A model generated the notes under the pieces. The model had not been told where the DNA came from. It searched no databases and was given only the letters and a program-made list of their open reading frames with translations. This document shows positions 1-10,528 of a stretch of 32,000 bases of DNA, in pieces. Both the position numbers and the translations under genes were made by a program. This DNA comes from Nitrosomonas europaea (lineage in GTDB: Bacteria > Pseudomonadota > Gammaproteobacteria > Burkholderiales > Nitrosomonadaceae). Numbering within the stretch: the first letter of the stretch is position 1; each line of letters opens with the position of its first letter. The stretch lies in assembly GCF_900167395.1 (NCBI RefSeq), contig NZ_FUWK01000006.1, positions 30,001 through 62,000 on the forward strand, given 5' to 3'.

Positions 1-495
1 AACACCGTGCTGCCACAGGCTTTGAGTATGATTCCTGAAGATCAGCGACCATACGTGACTCACCAGTCCGGGAAAGCTCACCTCGACGCTCTGCAGCAGG
101 CTTACGCCGACCATGGCGTCACAGGAAATCTGGTGGCATTCATCGAGAATATGGCTGCACATTATCAGGATTGCGATCTGGTGATCTGCCGTGCCGGTGC
201 CCTGACCATTTCTGAACTGGCAGCCGCAGGTGTTGCCAGTATTCTGATACCGTATCCTTACGCGGTAGATGATCACCAGACAGCCAATGCCCGGTTTTTG
301 AGCGACTACCAGGCGGCTGTTTTATGGCCGCAATCAGAGTTGACAGCCGCTTCACTTGCACAATGGCTGATGACCTGTTCACGCGCACAATTACAGTCCA
401 TGGCAACCCATGCACGTGCACTGGCCATGCCTGAGGCTGCACAAACGGTGGCTGAAGCCTGTCAGCAATTATCGGGACAAACCAATGAAGCATAA
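1..495 (+). CDS. murG: MurG (undecaprenyl-PP-MurNAc-pentapeptide GlcNAc transferase), C-terminal part; the 5' end lies outside the window
   Basis: Frame 1 is open from base 1 to TAA at 493-495. The translation carries the MurG C-domain pattern [39 protein letters not shown]. It sits directly upstream of murC, as in dcw clusters. Confidence 0.9.
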   Translation, partial: NTVLPQALSMIPEDQRPYVTHQSGKAHLDALQQAYADHGVTGNLVAFIENMAAHYQDCDLVICRAGALTISELAAAGVASILIPYPYAVDDHQTANARFLSDYQAAVLWPQSELTAASLAQWLMTCSRAQLQSMATHARALAMPEAAQTVAEACQQLSGQTNEA

Positions 496-1906
496 AATCA
501 GACATATCCATTTCGTAGGAATCGGCGGCTCCGGTATGGGCGGCATCGCCGAAGTACTGATCAACCTGGGTTTCCAGATCAGCGGTTCAGATATGCACAG
601 CAATTCCACCACCAGGCGCCTGCAGTGCCTGGGTGCTGTCATTCATCACACCCATGCAGCCGAAAATATTCAATCTGCTGATGCCGTCGTTATCTCGACC
701 GCTATCCATTCTGATAACCCGGAGGTGATTGCAGCACGCGAACGGCGTATCCCTGTAGTACCTCGCGCCATGATGCTGGCAGAGCTGTTGCGCCTGCGCC
801 GCGGTATTGCCATCGCCGGCACTCATGGCAAAACCACCACCACGAGTCTGGTTGCCAGTATCCTGGCGGAAGCAGGCCAGGATCCGACATTTGTCATTGG
901 TGGCAAGCTCAAGACGGTCGACAGTCATGCCAGATTGGGCAAGGGTGAATTCATCGTGGTCGAGGCGGATGAATCCGATGCTTCATTCCTCTACCTGCAG
1001 CCGGTTCTGACGGTGGTAACCAATATCGATGCCGATCACATGAGCACCTACGAGCATGATTTCAACCGGCTCAAACAGACCTTTGTCGAATTTATCGAAC
1101 ACCTGCCCTTTTACGGTATGGCAGTACTGTGCGTGGACGATCCCCACGTGCGTGAAATCATTTCCATGATTACCCGGCCAGTAACCACGTATGGCATCGC
1201 ATCGGAAGATGCGCAGATATGCGCCACCAACATCCGGCACGATCGCTGCAGAATGCATTTTCTCGCCCATATTGGAGTCAATGGCTCACCGCGAACATTG
1301 GAAGTCACACTCAACCTCCCGGGTAAACATAATGTTCTGAATGCACTGGCTGCCATCGCTGTCGGTAACGAACTGGGCGTACCGGATGAAGCAATCGTAA
1401 AAGCATTGGCCACCTTTGGCGGAGTAGACAGGCGGTTTCAGCAATATGGCGAGATCCCCTTGCCGGATCAAGGATCTTTCGCCCTGATCGACGATTACGG
1501 ACATCATCCTGCAGAAATTGCCGCCACGATGGCAGCTGCCCGCAATGCTTTTCCCGGCCGACGTCTGGTTCTGGCATTTCAGCCACACCGCTACAGCCGC
1601 ACCCGGGATTTATTCGAGGATTTCGTCCGGGTGTTATCCGGTGCTGATGTATTGCTGCTGACCGAAGTTTATCCTGCCGGTGAAGAGCCTATCATTGCGG
1701 CTGACAGCAAATCTCTGGCACGAGCAATCAGAGTGCAGGGAAAGATCGAGCCTATTTATATCGAGCAGATCGATGAATTGAAAGCAACCATTCATACCAT
1801 TGCACAAGATGGAGATGTAATACTCATCATGGGAGCCGGATCCATCGGAAAATCCGCTCCTGATCTGGCAGAACCGGCGATGAAACTGACATTGATAACA
1901 GGCTGA
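485..1906 (+). CDS. murC: UDP-N-acetylmuramate--L-alanine ligase MurC
   Basis: ATG at 485 gives [25 protein letters not shown] (typical MurC N-terminus) and the Mur-ligase P-loop [11 protein letters not shown]. The ORF-track start at 410 adds 25 implausible residues. The chosen start overlaps the murG stop by 11 nt. Confidence 0.93.
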
Positions 1907-1916
1907 TCAGGAAAGC

Positions 1917-2912
1917 ATGCAGACAGAAATTCAACTGCCAATCATGGATACCCCAGATCTGCAATCCCGCACATCCGGTATCGACACACGCCTGCTGCGG
2001 GGTGAGCTGCGTCAGCATGAACCCATGAAACGGCATGTTTCCTGGCGTGCCGGCGGGCATGCCGCCTGTTTCTACCAGCCGGCCGATCTGGAAGATCTGG
2101 CCCTGTTTTTACGCCACTGGCCGAAAGATGAGCCGGTTGTCATGATCGGACTGGGCAGCAATCTGCTGGTCCGGGATGGTGGATTGCCCGGGGTAGTCAT
2201 TACATTGCATGCAAAACTCAATGATCTGTCATTGGTCGAGCAGAACGAAAGCGGTGGTCTGATTTATGCCGGAGCGGGCGTCCCCTGTGCCAAACTGGCC
2301 AGATTTGCTGCCTCACATAACCTGACAGGTGCAGAATTTCTGGCAGGCATTCCCGGCACCGTTGGTGGTGCACTGGCAATGAACGCTGGTTGTTACGGCG
2401 CTGAAACCTGGGATCGGGTAGAGCGCGTCACAACGATCGATCGCAGCGGGATTGTGCGCGAACGTACACCGGAGGACTACCAGGTTGGTTATCGTCATGT
2501 CGAGTTGCAGAGAACGCCCTCGTCCGACACACCCGATGTCTGGTTTACCGGCGGCTGGTTCCGACTTCGTCCAGGTAAAATGGAAAGTTCGCGTCAGGCT
2601 GTCAGAACGCTGCTGACTGCACGCATCAAGACTCAACCCCTGGGGTTTCCCAGTGCAGGATCGGTTTTCCGGAATCCGCCAGGAGATCATGCTGCCAGGT
2701 TGATCGAACAGTGCGGTCTGAAAGGTTTCCGTATCGGTGACGCAATGGTTTCCACGTTACATGCCAATTTCATCGTCAACTGCGGTCACGCCACTGCTTC
2801 TGAAATCGAGGCAATCATCGATACCGTGCAAAATGCTGTTCACCAGGCTACCGGAATCAGACTGATCACCGAAGTTCGCATCATCGGACAGCTCGGAGGA
2901 AGTACACAGTGA
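1917..2912 (+). CDS. murB: UDP-N-acetylenolpyruvoylglucosamine reductase MurB
   Basis: 331-aa ORF with an FAD-binding (PCMH-type) region [12 protein letters not shown] and a C-terminal [12 protein letters not shown] motif. It holds the dcw position between murC and ddl. Confidence 0.9.
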
Positions 2913-3826
2913 ACACCCGTGACGTTGGAAAAGTAGCCGTATTGCTGGGAGGACGTTCCGCTGAACGTGAAATCTCGCTGAGAAGCGGTCAAGCCGTTCT
3001 GGCAGCATTGCAGCGGAGCAGGGTGAATGCCCATGCATTCGATCCGGCCGGGCAACCTCTGGAAAACCTTCTGCAGCAAGGTTTCGATCGAGTATTTATC
3101 GCATTGCATGGCCGTTACGGAGAAGACGGTTCGGTTCAGGGTGCACTGGAACTGATGGAACTGCCTTATACCGGCAGTGGAATACTCGCCAGTGCACTGG
3201 CAATGGATAAGTGGCGCACAAAAATGATCTGGCAGGCAGCGGGTATCAATACGCCTGATTACGTCATGCTCGATGCCAGCAGCCGTTTCCGGGATGTGGC
3301 AGACAGGCTGGGATTGCCGCTGATCATCAAACCCGCCCGGGAGGGTTCGACCCTCGGATTGAACAAAGTAGACAATGAACAGGATTTTCGATCCGCTTAT
3401 CAGGCAGCTGCAGAATACGATTCACTGGTACTGGCCGAACAGTTCATCCAGGGAATCGAACTGACTGCCGCCATTCTGGATGATATGCCCCTTCCCCTGG
3501 TGCGCATTGATGTGGCAGAAGGATTGTATGACTACCAGGCCAAGTATTTTTCCGAGAGCACACGCTATACCTGCCCCAGCGGGTTATCGGCAGCGTTAAC
3601 CACCCGTATCCAGGAACAGGCCTTGTATGCTCACCGGATATTGGGATGTACCGGATGGAGCAGAGTGGATCTGATTCTGGATGAAAATGAACAACCTTTT
3701 TTCCTTGAAACCAATACTTCGCCAGGAATGACCGACCACAGTCTCGTGCCAATGGCGGCAAAGGCGGCAGGCATTTCCTTCGATGAACTCGTTGTTCAGA
3801 TTCTGGAGCTGAGCTGTGAGCATTGA
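2909..3826 (+). CDS. ddl: D-alanine--D-alanine ligase
   Basis: GTG start overlaps the murB TGA (GTGA). The N-terminus [20 protein letters not shown] and the ATP-grasp C-terminal [16 protein letters not shown] are Ddl hallmarks. Confidence 0.92.
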
Positions 3827-3912
3827 AAAGGATCTGATTGTCATGTTTCACACCCTGCTATCCGCAGAGAGCCATTCATCCGGATTCCGGGCAATCGGAC
3901 AACTGTAAACGT

Positions 3913-4641
3913 ATGTGGAACGATCATCAATCCCTGAACTTTCTGGCAAATATCCTGCTGACGGGTGTTCTGCTGGCTACGATCTATGTAGTGGGAACCA
4001 GAATATTGGCATTGCCGTTTTTTTCATTGAGGGAAGTCCGGGTGGAAGCCATGGATAAGAATCGGACGGGTAATGTCAGTCTGGTACATATCACCCGTGA
4101 TCAGATCGAACAGGTCGTACGCAATTCGGCAAACGGTAATTTCATCATGATCGATCTGAAAACATTGCAGAACGCTTTTATGGAATTGCCATGGGTCAGA
4201 TCGGTTAAAATTCTGCGTGAATGGCCGCCTGCATTGAACATATTATTGGAAGAGCATAAGCCGCTTGCATACTGGGAAGAAACGGCCCTGGTCAATACAA
4301 ATGGAGAAATATTTCACGCAATAATGGATAATGTGCGTCTTCCGGTGTTTGCTGGTCCCGATAACAGCAGTCGTTTGATTACTCAACAATATCGCATCTT
4401 CAATAAATTACTGCAGCCAACCGGACAAACTGCCATAGAGATCGTGCTGACTCCACGGCATGCCTGGCATGTTCGATTGAACACGGGAACCTGGCTCAAG
4501 CTGGGAAGAGAGCAGATCGAACAGCGTTTGAAACGTTATGTAGCGGTGCGTACACAATATAATGAAAGTCTGGATCGGTATGGAAGTTCCGCTTATGTGG
4601 ATCTGCGCTATGCCAGCGGGTTTGCAATACGCATACCCTGA
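3913..4641 (+). CDS. ftsQ: Cell division protein FtsQ
   Basis: ATG at 3913 gives a short cytoplasmic tail followed by one TM helix (LNFLANILLTGVLLATIYVVG) and a POTRA/FtsQ-type periplasmic domain. It lies between ddl and ftsA. The track start at 3838 is a TTG that adds a Cys/Pro-rich extension, which I consider less likely. Confidence 0.8.
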   Translation: MWNDHQSLNFLANILLTGVLLATIYVVGTRILALPFFSLREVRVEAMDKNRTGNVSLVHITRDQIEQVVRNSANGNFIMIDLKTLQNAFMELPWVRSVKILREWPPALNILLEEHKPLAYWEETALVNTNGEIFHAIMDNVRLPVFAGPDNSSRLITQQYRIFNKLLQPTGQTAIEIVLTPRHAWHVRLNTGTWLKLGREQIEQRLKRYVAVRTQYNESLDRYGSSAYVDLRYASGFAIRIP

Positions 4642-4701
4642 TATTGCATTGAATCTCAGGGCAGACAAACACTATGACTATGAAATCGGGGGGATTTTCA
4701 A

Positions 4702-5940
4702 ATGAGTAAAGTCAAGGAAGGCAAAGATCTGATTGTCGGTCTTGATATCGGCACATCGAAAATCGTGGCCATTGTCGCTGAAATGAAGCCCGAAGGTGGA
4801 TTCGAGATCATCGGTCTGGGCAGCCACCTCTCACGTGGCCTGAAAAAGGGTGTGGTCGTCAACATCGAAGCGACCGTCAATGCCATTCAGCGTGCCCTCG
4901 AGGAAGTCGAGCTCATGGCGGGCTGTCGGATCAGTGAAGTGTATGCCGGGATCGCCGGTAACCATATCCGCGGTTTCAACTCACATGGCATGGTGGCGAT
5001 CAAGGACAAGGAAGTCACTCAGGCAGATGTCGAGAAAGTGATGGAAACTGCCAAGGCGGTGAATATTCCGGCCGATCAGCAGATCCTGCATATCCTCAAC
5101 CAGGAATTCATTATCGATGGCCAGGAAGACGTACGCGAACCTGTCGGAATGAGCGGTATCCGGCTGGAAGTCAAGGTGCATATCGTAACCGGAGCAGTAT
5201 CCGCTGCCCAGAATATCGCCAAATGCATCCATCGCTGCGGACTGGATGTACGGGATCTGGTGCTCCAGCCACTGGCCTCGGCCAAAGCAGTGCTTTCCGA
5301 AGATGAAAAGGATCTGGGTGTATGTCTGGTCGATATCGGCGGAGGAACCACCGATATCGCTGTTTTTACGGATGGTGCAATCAGACATACTGCGGTGATC
5401 CCGGTGGCGGGTGACCAGATCACCAATGACATCGCCATGGCGCTGCGCACCCCCACGAAAGATGCGGAGGATATCAAGTGTCGTTATGGCATTGCCTTAC
5501 GCACGCTGGCTGATATCCGCGAAATGGTCGAGGTTCCGGATGTTGGAAATCGTGGTGCCCGCCCGTTGTCGCGGCAAACCCTGGCTGAAGTCATCGAACC
5601 ACGCGTGGAAGAGCTCTACCTGCTGATTCAGGCAGAACTGAGACGCAGTGGTTTCGAACAGCTGCTCTCGTCAGGGATCGTCATCACCGGCGGCAGCAGT
5701 TCCATGCTGGGAATGGTCGAGCTGGGGGAAGAGATTTTTCACATGCCTGTGCGTCTGGGATTGCCGGTCTATAACGGCAGCCTGGAGGAAGTGGTACGGA
5801 CACCGAGATACTCGACTGCCATCGGTCTGGTGATGGTCGGCATGGAAGATCGTCTCCATCACCATCAGGCAAAACTGAAAAGCAGCTCTACCAGGCAGAT
5901 TCTGGCAAAAATGAAAGGATGGTTTCAGGAAAATTTTTAA
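4702..5940 (+). CDS. ftsA: Cell division protein FtsA (actin-like ATPase)
   Basis: 412 aa. It carries the phosphate-1 motif VGLDIGTSKIVAIV and the phosphate-2 motif VDIGGGTTDIAVF. It holds the conserved position upstream of ftsZ. Confidence 0.95.
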   Translation: MSKVKEGKDLIVGLDIGTSKIVAIVAEMKPEGGFEIIGLGSHLSRGLKKGVVVNIEATVNAIQRALEEVELMAGCRISEVYAGIAGNHIRGFNSHGMVAIKDKEVTQADVEKVMETAKAVNIPADQQILHILNQEFIIDGQEDVREPVGMSGIRLEVKVHIVTGAVSAAQNIAKCIHRCGLDVRDLVLQPLASAKAVLSEDEKDLGVCLVDIGGGTTDIAVFTDGAIRHTAVIPVAGDQITNDIAMALRTPTKDAEDIKCRYGIALRTLADIREMVEVPDVGNRGARPLSRQTLAEVIEPRVEELYLLIQAELRRSGFEQLLSSGIVITGGSSSMLGMVELGEEIFHMPVRLGLPVYNGSLEEVVRTPRYSTAIGLVMVGMEDRLHHHQAKLKSSSTRQILAKMKGWFQENF

Positions 5941-6009
5941 ATCGGGTTTTAATGAAGTTTTATCTGCGGAATATTGTTTGAAAACTCACCATGCAATAGG
6001 AGAAACATA

Positions 6010-7158
6010 ATGTTTGAGATCACGAATACCGAACCACTTGAAGCCGTCATCAAAGTCATAGGTATTGGCGGATGTGGCGGAAACGCCGTGGATCATATGA
6101 TTCGCAATGAAGTAAAAGGTGTCGAATTCATTTGTATGAATACCGATGCGCAGGCACTCCAGGGAAATCGTGCACAGACCCTGTTGCAGTTGGGTACCAG
6201 TGTTACCCGCGGACTGGGAGCAGGCGCCAATCCGGATATTGGCAAGGAAGCCGCTCTGGAAGATCGGGATCATATTGCTGAAATCGTCCAGGGCGCTGAT
6301 ATGTTATTCATTACCGCCGGGATGGGGGGAGGTACGGGTACGGGTGCTGCTCCGGTCGTGGCCCAGATTGCCAAGGAAATGGGTATCCTGACCGTTGCCG
6401 TTGTCAGCAAACCATTCTCTTTCGAGGGTAAACGCCTGAAAGCAGCACAAGCTGGAATGGAAGCACTGGCAGAACATGTCGATTCACTGATTGTCATCCC
6501 GAATGACAAACTGATGAAAGTGCTGGGCAATGATATCAGCATGCTGGACGCCTTCAAGGCAGCAAACGACGTACTGTATGGTGCCGTAGCAGGTATCGCG
6601 GAAGTCATCAATTGTCCGGGGCTGGTAAACGTGGATTTTGCTGACGTCAAAACGGTCATGTCTGAAATGGGCATGGCCATGATGGGCTCTGCAGCCGCCA
6701 GCGGTGTCGATCGTTCACGTATGGCTGCGGAAGAAGCCGTTGCAAGCCCGCTGCTCGAAGAAATCACGCTGACAGGCGCACGGGGTGTACTGGTAAACAT
6801 CACCGCCAGCTCAGCCATGAAAATGCGTGAAGTACAGGAAGTGATGGACATCGTGAAAAAAATGACGGCTGAAGACGCAACTGTCATCGTCGGTACAGTC
6901 ATCGATGAAAATATGGGTGACAGTCTGCGTGTAACACTGGTCGCAACGGGGCTTGGCAATATCAATCAACAATCCCAGAGACCCATGACCGTTATCCATA
7001 CCCGAACAGGTACCGATGACAGAATTTCCTCTCACCAGGTGGATGAACCTGCAGTCATGAGAACAGGAAGAAGGAGCAATGCTGCGGTCACGGCCATGCA
7101 GCAGGCTGGCATGGATCCGATGGATATTCCTGCTTTCCTCAGAAGACAGGCTGACTAA
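6010..7158 (+). CDS. ftsZ: Cell division GTPase FtsZ
   Basis: ATG at 6010 follows AGGAGA (5998-6003). The protein has the tubulin signature GGGTGTGAAPV and the conserved C-terminal peptide DIPAFLRRQAD. The track start at 5974 adds 12 unlikely residues. Confidence 0.96.
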   Translation: MFEITNTEPLEAVIKVIGIGGCGGNAVDHMIRNEVKGVEFICMNTDAQALQGNRAQTLLQLGTSVTRGLGAGANPDIGKEAALEDRDHIAEIVQGADMLFITAGMGGGTGTGAAPVVAQIAKEMGILTVAVVSKPFSFEGKRLKAAQAGMEALAEHVDSLIVIPNDKLMKVLGNDISMLDAFKAANDVLYGAVAGIAEVINCPGLVNVDFADVKTVMSEMGMAMMGSAAASGVDRSRMAAEEAVASPLLEEITLTGARGVLVNITASSAMKMREVQEVMDIVKKMTAEDATVIVGTVIDENMGDSLRVTLVATGLGNINQQSQRPMTVIHTRTGTDDRISSHQVDEPAVMRTGRRSNAAVTAMQQAGMDPMDIPAFLRRQAD

Positions 7159-7221
7159 GATCTATCCGCTGAAAATCATTCCGCTCCGGATAATTTGCAT
7201 CTCTGCATTTTAACGTCATAC

Positions 7222-7249
7222 AAAAACCGCCCTTGAAAGGGCGGTTTTT
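7222..7249. terminator. Bidirectional rho-independent terminator between ftsZ (+) and the 80-aa ORF (-)
   Basis: AAAAA-CCGCCC-ttgaaa-GGGCGG-TTTTT. It is a perfect 6-bp GC-rich stem (7227-7232 / 7239-7244) flanked by an A5 run and a T5 run. It lies 64 nt after the ftsZ stop and 70 nt after the stop of the convergent ORF. Confidence 0.85.
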
Positions 7250-7318
7250 GCAGCATCTCCCCAAATGCGGGTGATATCACCAGTTTATTTGCTTTATCTG
7301 TACGCTGGTTCAATTCGT

Positions 7319-7561
7319 TCACGGATACAGTCGTTCGTGGATTTCTTTCAGTTTATCGAGCTCCAGAACTGCTTCAAATGGAAAACCGGAACGATCCCGC
7401 CCTTTTTCTGTAATCAGCAGTTTTTCCAGATAACGATAAAATTCCACATATCCCCACAATAACTCTATCTGACCGGCAACTCTCGGATAATCCCTGTCAA
7501 GAATCGATTCCCGGTCACCCAGATAAGTGGCGAATTCTTTTATGGTGCGTTTCAGCGTCAT
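7319..7561 (-). CDS. Small hypothetical protein (80 aa), predicted helical, no family recognised
   Basis: This is the only ORF of useful length in the 7159-7764 gap. It is convergent on the shared terminator. The composition is ordinary and soluble-looking (LLWGYVEFYRYLEKLL...RSGFPFEAVLELDKLKEIHERL). I could not assign a motif. Confidence 0.5.
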   Translation of the reverse strand: MTLKRTIKEFATYLGDRESILDRDYPRVAGQIELLWGYVEFYRYLEKLLITEKGRDRSGFPFEAVLELDKLKEIHERLYP

Positions 7562-7688
7562 GAAATTTACTCCAGCCTGACTTCAACAAAATAATCATTC
7601 TGCAATATCGACCTGAATTTATGACGGGTTTAATTGTTTTCAGTTGAATGCTCCTGTATTTCAGCTGACTTTGTTTCTCAACCTTCCA

Positions 7689-7722
7689 TTTTCATCAAAC
7701 TGTAATAATTGATTTCTAGAAT
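7689..7722 (+). promoter_or_regulatory. Candidate Pho box plus -10 element upstream of pstC
   Basis: TTTTCAT-caaa-CTGTAAT (7689-7706) matches the 7+4+7 direct-repeat architecture of the E. coli Pho box (CTGTCAT-n4-CTGTCAT) at 5/7 and 6/7 positions. It is followed 10 nt later by TAGAAT (7717-7722), the spacing expected when a Pho box replaces the -35. A weaker copy, CTGTATT-tcag-CTGACTT, lies at 7654-7671. Confidence 0.35.
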
Positions 7723-7764
7723 GACTCGTCCCCACATATCCGGATTGCTACCCAGACGATCAGA

Positions 7765-8694
7765 ATGCCTATCCCGAACAACACCGATCATTCACCCGGA
7801 AGTCTACGTCGCAGCTATAAACGATACCTCAAAGAACGGGTGATAGAACTGCTGCTGTTCCTGGCCGCTTTTCTTTCCGTTTTCATTACCTTTGCGATCA
7901 TTTACCTGCTGATTTCAGAATCACTGGTATTTTTTGAGCATGTTTCTGTATGGGACTTTCTAACAGACACACAATGGACACCATTGTTTGACGACGCCCA
8001 TTACGGAATACTTCCGCTTGTTTCAGGAACAGCCATCAGCTCGCTGGTTGCACTCGTCATAGCGCTTCCCTTTGGTACGATCATTGCCATCTATCTTTCG
8101 GAGTTTGCACCCTTCACGGTGAGAGAGATAGCCAAACCATTCCTTGAATTGCTTGGAGGCATTCCGACAGTCGTCTATGGATATTTTGCGTTACTGTTCG
8201 TCACCCCCCTGCTGCAGACCATTCTTCCAGATCTGCCTGGTTTCAGTCTGCTGTCTGCAGGGCTGGTGATGGGAATCATGATCATTCCCTACGTCAGCTC
8301 GATGACAGAAGATGCCATGCGTTCTGTACCAATGCACTTGCGGGAGGGGTCGTACGCCATCGGTGCCACACGATTCCAAACGGCAATCAAAGTAGTGATG
8401 CCCGCCTCTTTGTCCGGTATTGCAGCCGCCTATATTCTCGGCATTTCCCGTGCTGTCGGAGAAACCATGGTAGTTGCAATTGCAGCAGGCATGCAGCCCA
8501 ATCTGGTATGGAACCCGATGGAACCGGCAGCAACCATTACCACCTATATCGTCCAGGTCAGCCTGGGAGATTTGCCGCATGGCAGCGTTGGGTACCAGAC
8601 GATCTTTGCTGCGGGACTGACACTCCTCCTGCTGACCCTGGTTTTCAATATCCTGGGGCATTTACTGCGCAAGCGATACCGTGAGGTTTACTGA
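7765..8694 (+). CDS. pstC: Phosphate ABC transporter permease PstC
   Basis: 309-aa polytopic membrane protein of the binding-protein-dependent permease type. It is the first of a permease-permease-ATPase trio whose ATPase is clearly PstB. Confidence 0.88.
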   Translation: MPIPNNTDHSPGSLRRSYKRYLKERVIELLLFLAAFLSVFITFAIIYLLISESLVFFEHVSVWDFLTDTQWTPLFDDAHYGILPLVSGTAISSLVALVIALPFGTIIAIYLSEFAPFTVREIAKPFLELLGGIPTVVYGYFALLFVTPLLQTILPDLPGFSLLSAGLVMGIMIIPYVSSMTEDAMRSVPMHLREGSYAIGATRFQTAIKVVMPASLSGIAAAYILGISRAVGETMVVAIAAGMQPNLVWNPMEPAATITTYIVQVSLGDLPHGSVGYQTIFAAGLTLLLLTLVFNILGHLLRKRYREVY

Positions 8695-8699
8695 TACCC

Positions 8700-9635
8700 A
8701 TGCTACCTATGAATCACCCTGACAATCTGAATGAAATACGTACCATCATTGCTTATCACAAGCGTTGGGACTTACTGGCGCTGGTAGCAGGTGTTACCGC
8801 ACTGATGATCGCGATTCTGACGTTCATCGCACTGTTCGGGAGTATGGTCATCGACGGAATGCCACGCCTGACCTGGGAATTTTTCACCTCCTTTCCCTCT
8901 CGCAAACCGGAAGCGGCCGGAATTCTCTCCGCATGGGTCGGCACGACATTGATCATGCTGGTGACAGCGGCAGCGGCCGTTCCTCTCGGTGTGGCGGCCG
9001 GTGTTTATCTTGAAGAATACGCACCGAAAAACCTCATCACCGAAATCATCGAAATCAATGTCACCAATCTGGCGGGTGTACCCTCCATTATTTATGGTCT
9101 GCTGGCACTGGGGCTGTTCGTCTATCAACTCGGACTGGGCCAGAGTATCCTCTCAGCCGGGCTGACACTGGCGCTGCTGATTCTGCCAATCGTCATCGTT
9201 GCAACCCGTGAAGCGATCAGATCCATTCCCGTTTCCATCCGTGAAGGAGCTTATGCCCTGGGGGCAACCAAATGGCAAACAGTATCAGATCATGTCCTGC
9301 CTTATTCCGCAGCCGGTATTCTGACGGGAGTCATTATCGGACTGGCGCGTGCGATTGGAGAAACAGCACCAATCATCACGATCGGTGCACTGACATTCAT
9401 TGCTTTTCTGCCTCCATCCCCCATTCAGGATCAGTTCCCGTTCGTATCGTTCCAATGGCTGATGGAGCCATTTACAGTTATGCCAATTCAGATGTTCAAC
9501 TGGATATCGAGACCGCAAGAAGCCTTTCAGCATAATGCAGCGGCTGCCGGCCTGGTACTGGTCGTCATGACGTTACTGATGAACGGACTCGCTATTTATC
9601 TGCGCTATCGTCTGCGTAAAAATATCAAGTGGTAA
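8700..9635 (+). CDS. pstA: Phosphate ABC transporter permease PstA
   Basis: 311-aa polytopic permease starting 6 nt after pstC. It has the PstA-like N-terminal anchor and a conserved REGAYALGATKWQT loop paralogous to REGSYAIGATRFQT in PstC. Confidence 0.88.
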   Translation: MLPMNHPDNLNEIRTIIAYHKRWDLLALVAGVTALMIAILTFIALFGSMVIDGMPRLTWEFFTSFPSRKPEAAGILSAWVGTTLIMLVTAAAAVPLGVAAGVYLEEYAPKNLITEIIEINVTNLAGVPSIIYGLLALGLFVYQLGLGQSILSAGLTLALLILPIVIVATREAIRSIPVSIREGAYALGATKWQTVSDHVLPYSAAGILTGVIIGLARAIGETAPIITIGALTFIAFLPPSPIQDQFPFVSFQWLMEPFTVMPIQMFNWISRPQEAFQHNAAAAGLVLVVMTLLMNGLAIYLRYRLRKNIKW

Positions 9636-9644
9636 ATCAAAATC

Positions 9645-10445
9645 ATGCAAATATTCAAACCTGCCAGCGGCCACACTCATTCTACTGTCCAGAAATCAGT
9701 GGTCAATAAACTGAACTTCTATTACGGGGGTTATCAGGCACTTAAAAATATCGATATGATGGTCTATGAAAAACAGGTAACTGCCCTGATCGGGCCGTCA
9801 GGCTGCGGTAAATCGACCTTCCTCCGATGTTTCAACCGCATGCATGATCTGTATCCGCGTAACCATTACGAGGGAGAGATCATCCTCCACCCGGATAATG
9901 CAAACATTCTCTCACCCGAAGTGGATCCGATCGAAGTCAGGATGCGGATCAGTATGGTATTTCAAAAACCCAATCCCTTTCCCAAGTCAATTTTTGAGAA
10001 TGTGGCCTATGGCCTCAGGATACGGGGTGTCAAACGCCGTTCCATTCTCGAGGAACGGGTAGAAAATGCACTGCGTAATGCTGCATTATGGGAAGAAGTC
10101 AAAGATCGGCTTGGAGATCTTGCCTTCAATCTCTCGGGTGGCCAGCAGCAACGACTGTGTATCGCCCGTGCTCTGGCGACGGATCCTGAAATCCTTTTAT
10201 TCGATGAACCCACCTCTGCGCTGGATCCAATCGCAACCGCAAGTATCGAAGAACTGATCTCGGATCTCAGGAACAAGGTTACGATCCTGATCGTGACCCA
10301 CAATATGCAACAGGCTGCCAGGGTATCGGACTACACCGCCTATATGTATATGGGTGAGCTGATCGAATTTGGCGCTACCGACACTATCTTCATCAAACCA
10401 AAAAACAAACAGACTGAAGATTACATTACCGGCCGATTCGGCTAA
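9645..10445 (+). CDS. pstB: Phosphate import ATP-binding protein PstB
   Basis: Walker [13 protein letters not shown] signature LSGGQQQRL and Walker [13 protein letters not shown]. The PstB-typical FNRMHDLYP segment and C-terminal YITGRFG are also present. Confidence 0.95.
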   Translation: MQIFKPASGHTHSTVQKSVVNKLNFYYGGYQALKNIDMMVYEKQVTALIGPSGCGKSTFLRCFNRMHDLYPRNHYEGEIILHPDNANILSPEVDPIEVRMRISMVFQKPNPFPKSIFENVAYGLRIRGVKRRSILEERVENALRNAALWEEVKDRLGDLAFNLSGGQQQRLCIARALATDPEILLFDEPTSALDPIATASIEELISDLRNKVTILIVTHNMQQAARVSDYTAYMYMGELIEFGATDTIFIKPKNKQTEDYITGRFG

Positions 10446-10528
10446 GGTAATTCCTGCCTTTTACACCATCATATTTATTCCAAGCCGGTCATACGGTGTG
10501 ATACGCGACATTGTTACCTATAGCCCCG

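Noticed and set aside
6270-6965. 231-aa ORF antisense to ftsZ. Similar long antisense ORFs lie at 12491-13345 (284 aa, opposite acnA), 27416-28138 and 28471-29079 (opposite copA), 8191-8661 (opposite pstC), 14089-14559, 15687-16157 (opposite argB) and 4981-5477 (opposite ftsA).
   Set aside because: Each lies entirely inside a gene on the other strand whose translation carries unmistakable family motifs. Their own translations are Ser/Thr/Ala/Pro/Arg-skewed with no motifs, no SD sequences, and starts or stops unrelated to neighbouring genes. This is typical shadow-ORF behaviour in moderately GC-rich coding DNA.
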